From the IMG/VR virus record IMGVR_UViG_3300020453_000595, positions 1 through 59,107 of that record: 59,107 bases of DNA; one strand, 5' to 3'. Source of the DNA: a virus. Lineage: Duplodnaviria > Caudoviricetes. A model generated the notes under the pieces. That model did not search any database and was not told the DNA's origin. It worked only from the letters and a program-made list of their open reading frames with translations. Of the stretch, positions 27,567 to 35,680 are shown piece by piece. Numbering within the stretch: position 1 is the first letter of the stretch; the number at the start of each line of letters is the position of its first letter. The translations under genes were made by a program, and so were the position numbers.

Positions 27567-28274
27567 TTGGATGTCACGGATGTCCGGGGGCTGCTCGGGC
27601 TGCTCCTCGTTGACGGGAGTTTGGTGTATTACCGCAGTCCCTCCGGTGGTTACATACAGATGACAATTACGGCCGGGATAAAAGAATCGGCCTATCTCGA
27701 GGAAAAAGTCGCTGAATTCAAGTCTTTTTTCCCTACGCGTGCAGAGATTGCCCCTTACAGCACGGCGAAAAGGGCAAACGGTAAGCAGACCACAGTCCTT
27801 CGTTTTAGGGCTTCTACCAATAAACTCCGACCGCTCTATAACCTGCTTTACCCAGCAGGAGAGAGACAGATAACCCAGCCCGTCCTGGACATTCTTGGAG
27901 CGCAGGCCGCCGCCTGGTGCTGGGCCGAGAGCGCGGTCATCGGGAAACGGGGCGGAGCAAAACTTTCTCGAGTTGGCAATACACGAGTAGAGGCCATGCG
28001 CCTGAACAACTGGTTCGAGCTGCTGACTGGCGCACGTGGGGAGGTGAAGGACTACCGCAAGCGTCCAAGGATTTCATTCAGCCCCGAGCAGACAAAGAAG
28101 ATCCAGGACGCTCTGATCCAATACGCACCGAAGAGCCGCATTCACCTATTCACTGGAGACGTTCCCGATGTCAGCGCAATTCGTAGTGCGCGTACTGAGC
28201 TATTGCTTGGGAGTGGGCACGCTAAGTCTGAAAGGTCGGAGGCAGAGGCCCTGGTTGGAAATCATCAGACCTGA
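27567..28274 (+). CDS. LAGLIDADG homing-endonuclease-like protein
   Basis: LLGLLLVDGSL helix, AYLEEK, LRPLYNLLYPAGERQIT; second motif degenerate (AAAWCWAES). TTG 27567 is the likely start. Confidence 0.75.
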   Translation: MDVTDVRGLLGLLLVDGSLVYYRSPSGGYIQMTITAGIKESAYLEEKVAEFKSFFPTRAEIAPYSTAKRANGKQTTVLRFRASTNKLRPLYNLLYPAGERQITQPVLDILGAQAAAWCWAESAVIGKRGGAKLSRVGNTRVEAMRLNNWFELLTGARGEVKDYRKRPRISFSPEQTKKIQDALIQYAPKSRIHLFTGDVPDVSAIRSARTELLLGSGHAKSERSEAEALVGNHQT

Positions 28275-28743
28275 GACCGAGAAGCCGTACCTCAACCACC
28301 AGCTAAAGCTCTTGAGAGATGCCCACCCAGGCAAGCTCGACACTCACCTAGACATGCTCCCCACAGATGGCTTCTACGACAAGTTCCGTCTCAGGGTTCG
28401 GAGCGATGAGCTGTACAGGGCCTATGAGCTCATGTACCCCAGGGACAAGAAGATCATCACACCACAGATCATCAGCATTACCGGGATACCAGGCATCTCT
28501 GCCCTCTGGTCTGACAGGGGCAGGGTTGTGGGCAGACTCGGCAAGATCTTGACGCGCTGGAAAGACGACGAGAATCAGCTCCTGGCGGAATATATCAATC
28601 AACAGGGCTTCGAGTGCATGGTCACTAAAAGCAGCGGTGTCAGATTTACACGCGCTTCAACAAAAGAATTGATTGACGTTCTTAGACCCTTGACTCACAG
28701 ATCCATGCGTTCCAAGTTCGTAAAACAACCTCCACGTCTCTAG
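28168..28743 (+). CDS. Second LAGLIDADG-like protein (degenerate)
   Basis: VLSYCLGVGTL, PYLNHQ, LYRAYELMYPRDKKIIT, ISALWSDRG. Confidence 0.65.
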   Translation: MSAQFVVRVLSYCLGVGTLSLKGRRQRPWLEIIRPETEKPYLNHQLKLLRDAHPGKLDTHLDMLPTDGFYDKFRLRVRSDELYRAYELMYPRDKKIITPQIISITGIPGISALWSDRGRVVGRLGKILTRWKDDENQLLAEYINQQGFECMVTKSSGVRFTRASTKELIDVLRPLTHRSMRSKFVKQPPRL

Positions 28744-28752
28744 GCTTAAGAA

Positions 28753-28876
28753 GCCTCGAAGAAGAACTGCGTCAGAGGCGTCATCCCGTCAGGAGTCCGG
28801 GTTTTTGTAGTTTCAACGGACTGGCGACCGATCCTCCCTGCACTTGGCCGGTGTGGGGAGGCGCCTGACATTTTTT
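28753..28876 (+). ncRNA. Candidate structured RNA (hairpin plus three-way junction)
   Basis: Stems GCCTC/GAGGC, GTCAGG/CCTGAC, AGTCCG/CGGACT and CCTCCCTGCAC/GTGTGGGGAGG, followed by a T-tract. Confidence 0.4.
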
Positions 28877-28905
28877 ATATTGATTGACAGACAATAATTA
28901 TTTCC

Positions 28906-29127
28906 ATGCCAGAAGAGATGGATTGCAAGGACGGGTTCTGCCAAATGCGCAAGCCCTTTAAAGAAGTGAAGGCCGGTGACATCCTTTTCGCCCCAATTGA
29001 AGACGACCTGCAGCACGAGATTCCCAAGGAATCCGCACAAGCTGAAGACTCGAAAATGCGTCAGCGATTTCTTCAGTACTGTGATGAACACCCATACGAC
29101 GTTGAGTGCAAGATCTACGACGTATAA
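28906..29127 (+). CDS. cp12: CP12-like Calvin cycle regulator
   Basis: C-terminal FLQYCDEHPYDVECKIYDV matches the CP12 YC-x8-C-x-IYD motif. Confidence 0.8.
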   Translation: MPEEMDCKDGFCQMRKPFKEVKAGDILFAPIEDDLQHEIPKESAQAEDSKMRQRFLQYCDEHPYDVECKIYDV

Positions 29128-29176
29128 CTGATTGAATTGATTATCTAGACTGTCACCATACACAGGTGCCAGCAGA

Positions 29177-29617
29177 ATGGCTGTCTTTAATAAACTCAAT
29201 GGCTTTGTAGAGCACCTCGCTGAGGGTGTTCACAACCTTGGCAGTGACCAGCTGGTTCTTGCGCTGAGCAATGTTGCTCCTTCAGCCGAAACCACAGTTC
29301 CGACAACCACGACGGCAAATTGCGTCTTGGCCAACGTCACCGAGATTACCTATACCGGCCTGAGCTCACGCCAAGTCACCACTTCAAGTGGCTCTCAGAG
29401 CTCAGGAACTTATCGCCTGACTTTGGCCGACCTGACACTCAGTTCAACTGGAACTGTGGGGCCGTTCCGTTATATCTATCTCTACAACGACGCCCCGACA
29501 AGTCCGGCTGATCCGCTGATCGGTTACTTCGACTACGGTGCAAACCTAACGCTGAACAACGGCGAGAGCTTGACGATCGACTTTGACCAGGCTTCCGGCG
29601 CTTTAACGCTGGCCTGA
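29177..29617 (+). CDS. Virion structural (tail) protein
   Basis: FNKLNGFVEHLAEGVHNL..GPFRYIYLYND..LIGYFDYG. Confidence 0.8.
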   Translation: MAVFNKLNGFVEHLAEGVHNLGSDQLVLALSNVAPSAETTVPTTTTANCVLANVTEITYTGLSSRQVTTSSGSQSSGTYRLTLADLTLSSTGTVGPFRYIYLYNDAPTSPADPLIGYFDYGANLTLNNGESLTIDFDQASGALTLA

Positions 29618-29640
29618 TGAAAACCCTGCTGAGGTAAAAA

Positions 29641-31701
29641 ATGAGCCTCACAGCTGGGGTTGGTTCCTTTTCTGTATCTGCAAATAACGCACAACTGACG
29701 TATAGACGGATTGAAGTTGAGCCGGCTCAGGTGAGGGCCGACTTCAATCTTGCCTATCGATTTATCGATGGCTACCCCACCTTTATTGGATCTAACGGGG
29801 GACTGAACAACACTGCGCCGACGCCTTCGCATCAGGAGCATGACTTAATTGTTGTTCTTGCGTTAAATGTCGATAACGATACGATTCCAAGCGTTCCAGT
29901 CAACAGTGGCTGGACTAGCGCTCACTACAGCAGCGTTAGCGGAACTGGTGCTATCGGATGGCGTATTGCCTATAAGTTTGCAAAGTCCAATACTGAAACG
30001 GTCGGCAACTGGTTCACAGCTGATCGCCTTATTGTCGCTGTCTATAGAAACGCTCGAGGCCCAATCGGTACTGCGCAAGTATCCATCGGTACGTCTACAA
30101 ACCTCATCACCTACCCAGCCGCTGACAGCGATGTCATTGGCACGGCAGGTACACGGCTTCTTCACTTCGCTATCAGCGCCCCTAGCAATGACGCTGGCTC
30201 TACGCCGACTGGACTAACCACAAGGATTAGCACTGGGAGCCTTACTGGATCTACAGCTCCTAGTGTTGCCCTGCACGACCAGGAAGTCTCGACTACTGGG
30301 AGTTACCCAGCATTTACCAACGGGATTAGCAGCGCTGGAACGACAGTCGGCATCACGCTTGGAATCGGCTACGGCACTCCACCACTGACAGCTGAGACGG
30401 TCTCCTTTAGTACCGCAATCAGTGGCGAAGTCCTACCAGACACGGTTCTCCTCGACAGCAAGGGATATCGCGCTGAGCTTGGCCAGGTTCTCACCTCCTA
30501 CCAAAGCTTCTTCACCTGCAATGGAGGGAGCTTTGCTCTTAGCGGTTCGACCCTGGATACACATCTTGGGTTCTACCTGCAGGCAGAGAAAGGAGGCTTT
30601 GACTACTCCTTAACAGAGGCCTTCCTGCAGAGAGCACTGCTGTTCTTCCCGCAGTCAGGCTCGTTCACCCATGCATGGTCATCGATTGACCTGCCAAAGG
30701 GATTTTTTACTACGCCGCAAAGCGGAGTCTTCACAAGCACGGTTGCTAGTACTGGGATAACCCATACAGCAATGCTGTTTACTGAACGTATTGATCTTGA
30801 TGCGACCCTGGCAGAGGGCGATCTCCAACGCTCAATCATCGAAGCATTTGGCGGCACCAGCCTGAGCTTTGGCCTGTCCCAGGTCGGTATTCAGAACATC
30901 AGCGAATCCCCCGCCGGGGGTGGCCCAACACGCAAGCCTGACGTTGAACATGGCGGCAGCGATCCGTCAACTCAAAGCTTTCTTCGCCCCCGATTCACTA
31001 AATACAACTCGGTTAGCAAGTCTCGTGACTTGGGCCGTATCAATAACTTCTTCGGCACTTTCAACGGTGAAATCGGCGCAGAGTCCGGGTCTCAAACTTT
31101 GTTCTTTAAGATCCACACTCTTGGTGCTGCGTCATTGCGTATCACTAAAAATGCTTCGAATAGGTATACCGACAAACAAATCTCTGTTGGTATTCTCGAC
31201 TCGAATAGAAAGCAAGTCCAAACCTCCGTTCAAGGCTTCGCTTTCCAGAACGAGATCCTAAATACCGAAAACACTGAGGGAGCTGACCCTTTACCTGGAG
31301 GCACTTACTACTTCACGGTAAGTAGCAGCCAGTGGCAGAAGATCCCGTACAGCATCTCGATTCAGGCAATCCGATTTAAAGACATCAAAGGCGAAGTGGT
31401 TCTCACCATGTTGCCGACCAGTCGCTTCGCTATTGCCAAACTACGCGGACCAGCACTTCTGCAAAACGCCACTACGACCACTATTCCAACCAACGATCAG
31501 CTCATTCGCCCGACTGGAGCCATCGTCGTTAGCAACGCATCAGCTGGTGAATTGGTCATACCTTCTGGTATCGCACTTGGTCGCATGCTGCCTAGCGGTC
31601 GACTCAAGATGACGCACAAAATTTCTGCTACAGCAACATTGAGTGCAGCGAATGTAGCTACGCTTAGTTCACAGCCACCTTCATACGGCGGCGGTTATTA
31701 A
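29641..31701 (+). CDS. Large virion structural/tail protein
   Basis: 686 aa S/T/G-rich, beta-type; flanked by tail genes. Confidence 0.75.
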   Translation: MSLTAGVGSFSVSANNAQLTYRRIEVEPAQVRADFNLAYRFIDGYPTFIGSNGGLNNTAPTPSHQEHDLIVVLALNVDNDTIPSVPVNSGWTSAHYSSVSGTGAIGWRIAYKFAKSNTETVGNWFTADRLIVAVYRNARGPIGTAQVSIGTSTNLITYPAADSDVIGTAGTRLLHFAISAPSNDAGSTPTGLTTRISTGSLTGSTAPSVALHDQEVSTTGSYPAFTNGISSAGTTVGITLGIGYGTPPLTAETVSFSTAISGEVLPDTVLLDSKGYRAELGQVLTSYQSFFTCNGGSFALSGSTLDTHLGFYLQAEKGGFDYSLTEAFLQRALLFFPQSGSFTHAWSSIDLPKGFFTTPQSGVFTSTVASTGITHTAMLFTERIDLDATLAEGDLQRSIIEAFGGTSLSFGLSQVGIQNISESPAGGGPTRKPDVEHGGSDPSTQSFLRPRFTKYNSVSKSRDLGRINNFFGTFNGEIGAESGSQTLFFKIHTLGAASLRITKNASNRYTDKQISVGILDSNRKQVQTSVQGFAFQNEILNTENTEGADPLPGGTYYFTVSSSQWQKIPYSISIQAIRFKDIKGEVVLTMLPTSRFAIAKLRGPALLQNATTTTIPTNDQLIRPTGAIVVSNASAGELVIPSGIALGRMLPSGRLKMTHKISATATLSAANVATLSSQPPSYGGGY

Positions 31702-31747
31702 CGGTCCTCGACGACGGACTAAAAAACCCTTTCAGATATAGAAGTCC

Positions 31748-32170
31748 ATGGCATTCTCGCAGTACTTTGCGACGCAAGTCCTGAGCTGGGTGAAAGGCGC
31801 CCCATTCCCAACTGCGCTGTCCAACGTCTATATCTCTCTGCATAGTGCAGACCCTGGCGTGTCAGGCACGAACGCCGACGAGACTGCAGCCATCACCAAC
31901 ACTGCTAACCGTACAACTATTGCCAGCTCTGCACTGGGCGCGGTTTCTGGCGCATCTGGTGGCGGCTTCGAGATCACGAACACTGGAGTGGTTCAGCTGA
32001 CAACTTCAGCTAGCAACTCGAACGCAATCACCGTTACACATTTCGGTGTTTGGGATGCAGCAAGTGGCGGCAACTTTCTTGCCTCAGGTCAACTCACCTC
32101 AAGTGTTGACGTTGAGTTAGGCGATACCGTCCAGTTCAATATCGGTGCCATGGCGGTGCGTGTGGTCTGA
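31748..32170 (+). CDS. Virion structural (tail) protein
   Basis: VYISLHSADPG..VTHFGVWDAASGGNFL. Confidence 0.8.
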   Translation: MAFSQYFATQVLSWVKGAPFPTALSNVYISLHSADPGVSGTNADETAAITNTANRTTIASSALGAVSGASGGGFEITNTGVVQLTTSASNSNAITVTHFGVWDAASGGNFLASGQLTSSVDVELGDTVQFNIGAMAVRVV

Positions 32171-32301
32171 TGGCGAAAATCAAAAAGTCCCTGTTGGGCG
32201 AGCCTCATAAAAACCCGATTTTCAAAAAGACCACACAAGGTCAAGGTCGCCGCAGCCGCCCCAAACCGGGCAAAAAAATGATGCGCGGACAAGGCAAGTA
32301 A
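32170..32301 (+). CDS. Small basic conserved phage protein (43 aa)
   Basis: MAKIKKSL..KKTTQGQG..RGQGK; TGATG coupling. Confidence 0.65.
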   Translation: MAKIKKSLLGEPHKNPIFKKTTQGQGRRSRPKPGKKMMRGQGK

Positions 32302-32331
32302 AGGCTACGTTTAAAACACATAAGGAAGGGC

Positions 32332-32652
32332 ATGCTTTCTACGCAATATCGCCTTCGACTCGAGTTTATTTGTAAGTGCATTGCTAACGGCGAAGAGGTA
32401 AAACTCGACGACATGATCTGGGCAGACAAGCTCGGCAAGGCAAATCGCAGTGCATCAGAGATGCTCCGCAAGGCACGCCGCAAAGCAAACAACCCAGACA
32501 TGCAGCCCGGAAGCCTGGATGACTTCATGAACCAAATGGACCTAGGCGATCCAGATCCCTCGAATCACGTTGTCGATGGCTTTAACACCGTCGAAGAGAT
32601 TGCTGCCTGGTTCAAGCAGGACAAGACCGACGACTGGCGTCAACGGGACTAA
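32332..32652 (+). CDS. Conserved cyanophage hypothetical protein
   Basis: MLSTQYRLRLEFICKCIANGEEVKLDDMIWA..DWRQRD. Confidence 0.8.
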   Translation: MLSTQYRLRLEFICKCIANGEEVKLDDMIWADKLGKANRSASEMLRKARRKANNPDMQPGSLDDFMNQMDLGDPDPSNHVVDGFNTVEEIAAWFKQDKTDDWRQRD

Positions 32653-32846
32653 TCGTCTCGCAGGTAAGACACTTCCATCATCGCCGTCCTGAAGATGCGC
32701 CGCAGGTGCCAGAGCATCTCCTGCTCTTCCCTTTCTGCAGCGGGAGAGCCAGGCCACATCTTGAAATGAAACTCGATTGACGCTGCGATCTGCGCAACCT
32801 CGTCTGGCGTCAGCTCAAAGACCAGCCTGGTGCTGTCATCCTTCAT
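32649..32846 (-). CDS. Hypothetical protein
   Basis: 65 aa, WPG..EEQE motif; coupled to the lysin stop. Confidence 0.65.
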   Translation of the reverse strand: MKDDSTRLVFELTPDEVAQIAASIEFHFKMWPGSPAAEREEQEMLWHLRRIFRTAMMEVSYLRDD

Positions 32847-34018
32847 TAGTACGACCAGATCGTGCTGGGCTTGGCCCCCGCCCGAGCGTGAAACTCTCCG
32901 TTATCGCGGGTGTCTATATGCACAAACCCCTTGTGGCAGCCATCACCAAGGCCGCCGGTCCAACGCTTTGCCAACCATTTGTAGAAGACTGAGCAGGATT
33001 CGCCTACTGGGTAGATGTCGAGAGCCATTCCTTTGGTGTGATAAGAGCCAGGGTGCCCACCAACTCGCGCATTGACCGGCTCAGGACGGAAGCCACTGGT
33101 GATTCCGAGCGGACCACCCCAGGCCTCTCGGATTAGGCCGAATTGACCGCTGATATAAAACAACTCTTCTTCTTCCTTGCTTCCCTCGATCGGCCGTCTT
33201 CGCTTGTCATATGACAACAGCTCTCCGACGGTGACATATGGGCTTACATGAGCACTGAAGTCACCCCAATCCACATCTTCCTCTACGTCCAGACTCGGAC
33301 GCGCTGTTACCTCTTGCCAGTGCGGCGAATAAATAGCCCATCGCTCGTTTGAATCCGCAAGCGTTACCCACGCGTGCGAATCCTCTGCCATGGCCTCGAA
33401 CTTCACAACATCGATAATCTCTCCTGCCTCGAACCCCTGCCTACCGTCGTTCGACAAATAAGAATTTTCTATAGCCGCCTTCTTTAAGAAGGTTGGCAGT
33501 AAACATTTGAATTTCATTTCTCCGTCATCCTCACACTGCCATAAACGCCCCTCTTGACGCCTACGAATCTTTAAGCCTTCAAGTTCTACTCCATTTGCAT
33601 AAACATAGCGATTCAACGCGTCCGGCATCTCGCTATAAGCACGTGGCTTCAATGCACCTTCACTGAGAACCTTGCTTATGGTTTCGAATTCAGGAGCGCC
33701 GTAGAAGTTTGGACCTAAGTTCCATCCAAAGCTTATGAGTACTGCTTGCCTCCTAGGCCCCAAGGCGTCCCATCCAGGGATTCGGTATAGAGGAGGAATA
33801 TAGTCGTCACTAAGCATCTCCTCTAGATAGCGCTGGCAAACGGGCTTACTGCAAACATCGCCCATCCGAACAGGCGTCCCATTTGGGTAGCGAGTCAATC
33901 CAGCGCAGATTGTCGGGACACCAACTGCATCTAAATATGCTTCTGTTTCTACGCCTTCAAAACCTTCAATCAGACTGATCGCCGTCGCTAGGGCCAGGGG
34001 GGTTATCAGTGGGTCCAT
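32846..34018 (-). CDS. Endolysin: GH24 lysozyme plus C-terminal M15 peptidase
   Basis: IEGFEG..AYLDAVGVPTICAG..GLKIRRRQE (GH24); ITSGFRP..NARVGG..SYHTKGMALD..FVHID (M15). Confidence 0.9.
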   Translation of the reverse strand: MDPLITPLALATAISLIEGFEGVETEAYLDAVGVPTICAGLTRYPNGTPVRMGDVCSKPVCQRYLEEMLSDDYIPPLYRIPGWDALGPRRQAVLISFGWNLGPNFYGAPEFETISKVLSEGALKPRAYSEMPDALNRYVYANGVELEGLKIRRRQEGRLWQCEDDGEMKFKCLLPTFLKKAAIENSYLSNDGRQGFEAGEIIDVVKFEAMAEDSHAWVTLADSNERWAIYSPHWQEVTARPSLDVEEDVDWGDFSAHVSPYVTVGELLSYDKRRRPIEGSKEEEELFYISGQFGLIREAWGGPLGITSGFRPEPVNARVGGHPGSYHTKGMALDIYPVGESCSVFYKWLAKRWTGGLGDGCHKGFVHIDTRDNGEFHARAGAKPSTIWSY

Positions 34019-34235
34019 CGCCGTAAATCGCTGCAAATCGTGGACTTGCCGATACCGCGTCTTCTTTGCCTTCCCAAATGTTCAGACCGTGCTCAATAGC
34101 AGCTGGCGGACTCAACCCTTTGGCACGTAAAATTTCAATCTGCTCGATCACGCCGTCAACGTGATCAGCAGACTTGGAATGCTTTGAGCACGCCGACAGC
34201 TCACTAAAAATGTCATCGCTGCCGGCGAGACGCAC
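33966..34235 (-). CDS. Hypothetical protein
   Basis: 89 aa, GTG start, MRLAG N-terminus. Confidence 0.65.
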   Translation of the reverse strand: MRLAGSDDIFSELSACSKHSKSADHVDGVIEQIEILRAKGLSPPAAIEHGLNIWEGKEDAVSASPRFAAIYGDGPTDNPPGPSDGDQSD

Positions 34236-34268
34236 AAGCTCGTATCAGCTAGATCGTCAATCTAACGA

Positions 34269-34601
34269 TTAGCCGCCGTAAATACGTCGAGCAATTTCTT
34301 CGCCTGTTCCTGACTGAGCAAGAGCCATTTTTGCTTGCCCAGAGGCAGCCATCTTTTGAATCATGGCAGCACCAAAATCCTTCATGGCTCTTGCCTTGTT
34401 CTCGGGCGTTTGCTGCATTGCAGCACCAGCGCGAATCCCTTCCATGACAGCACTGATGCGCTGGCTTTTGGTCATACCAGCGTCAACTTCTTCGCGTTTT
34501 GCCTGCTGTTGGAAAGCTTGCTGAACTTGATACGCATCTGGAGAACCAGACGGCTGATCAAGCATTACAGCGTTGATATTTTGAGAGGGAGGAAGATTCA
34601 T
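34269..34601 (-). CDS. Hypothetical protein
   Basis: Start trimmed to MNLPPSQ; A/Q/M-rich. Confidence 0.65.
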   Translation of the reverse strand: MNLPPSQNINAVMLDQPSGSPDAYQVQQAFQQQAKREEVDAGMTKSQRISAVMEGIRAGAAMQQTPENKARAMKDFGAAMIQKMAASGQAKMALAQSGTGEEIARRIYGG

Positions 34602-34636
34602 GTGAAAAGGCCCCGGTAACCGGGGCCGTGTATTGA

Positions 34637-35680
34637 TCAGCCTTCGGAAACCAGAACCTTGCTGCGCAAAGCGTCGGGGCCGGCCTGGGAGAGCATTTGC
34701 CAAGCAAGGGCAGGATTGCGCTCGCTGATGGCACTGAAATCAGACCAGAAGTCGTCAGGGCGACCGGATGCCTGAACGCCAGGCTGAGGCATGTCGATCT
34801 CAGGGCGCCGATAAGCAGGAGCCTGAGGAGCAGGTGCTGCCTGAGGAGCAGGTGCTGCCTGAGGCTGAGCAAAGCGAACTTCGTTGGCTTCGATCTCAGC
34901 GCGCAGACGATCCTCTGCGGTCTCAGTGGGGTATGGACCCTCAGGACCGTAGAAGTCTTCGACGTATGCAGCCAACATGTCGGGGTCGGTCAGCATGACG
35001 TGATAGGCAGCGTTGTCTTCCGCTGCTGCGTCGATCACTTGCTGGGCGGCCTGAAGACCACCGTCCAGTTGCTCAAGTTGCTGCATCACCTCAGCAGTTT
35101 GCTGAGCCTGTGCCAATAGAGCGTCCTCGACTACGCAGCTGTACCTGTTAAGTAGAGCTGGCGCCTCCAATCCGAAGTGCTGGAGGACTTCAAGACTTTC
35201 GTCGCTGACGCTTGCGAGATACTCGTCGCTCCCGGGTTGCGTCTGCGCGCTGCTGTAGGTCGGCGCCTGTGTCGGGGAGTACGCCGGCGTTGCTTGGGGA
35301 ATTGAGGTCTGCAGCCCCGATACGGAAGGAGCCGCTTGGTACTGCACCGGAGCCGAAACCTGCCATGCCGCGTCCTGTGAAGGGGCTGCCTGTGGGGTCG
35401 GAGTTGAGTAGGCTGCCTGCGGTTGGGAGCTCCGCGTCGCGCTCAGACTGTCGCTCAGTCGCTCGAACGCCTGCTGCCATGGGTTGGCCTGGGGCGCCGC
35501 CTGGGGAACCGCCGTCTGTTGGTAGCTGGCCTCCGGCTGCGGCGCCGAAGGAATCTGGTACGAAGGTTGGGCGCTCTGGGCCGGAGCTGATTGGTAAGCC
35601 TGCGTCGGCGCGGGCGCGCTCGATGGGATCGAGGCCTGCGGGATCGCTTGTGCCTGTTGCGTCTGAATACTGTCCTGCAT
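34637..35680 (-). CDS. Putative capsid scaffolding protein
   Basis: Q/A/P low-complexity N-terminus and acidic coiled coil; follows the portal gene. Confidence 0.6.
   Translation of the reverse strand: MQDSIQTQQAQAIPQASIPSSAPAPTQAYQSAPAQSAQPSYQIPSAPQPEASYQQTAVPQAAPQANPWQQAFERLSDSLSATRSSQPQAAYSTPTPQAAPSQDAAWQVSAPVQYQAAPSVSGLQTSIPQATPAYSPTQAPTYSSAQTQPGSDEYLASVSDESLEVLQHFGLEAPALLNRYSCVVEDALLAQAQQTAEVMQQLEQLDGGLQAAQQVIDAAAEDNAAYHVMLTDPDMLAAYVEDFYGPEGPYPTETAEDRLRAEIEANEVRFAQPQAAPAPQAAPAPQAPAYRRPEIDMPQPGVQASGRPDDFWSDFSAISERNPALAWQMLSQAGPDALRSKVLVSEG

Noticed and set aside
27479-27577. N-terminal extension of the capsid ORF, or an intein/intron in the capsid
   Set aside because: MWIDNDFPK at 27478 is the plausible start; the capsid frame is uninterrupted and the LAGLIDADG genes are on the other strand.
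28788-28869. Hammerhead ribozyme reading of the three-way junction
   Set aside because: It lacks the CUGANGA and GAAA core.
34821-34864. 18-bp tandem repeat
   Set aside because: Encodes APAPQA repeats in the scaffold-like protein; ordinary coding repeat.
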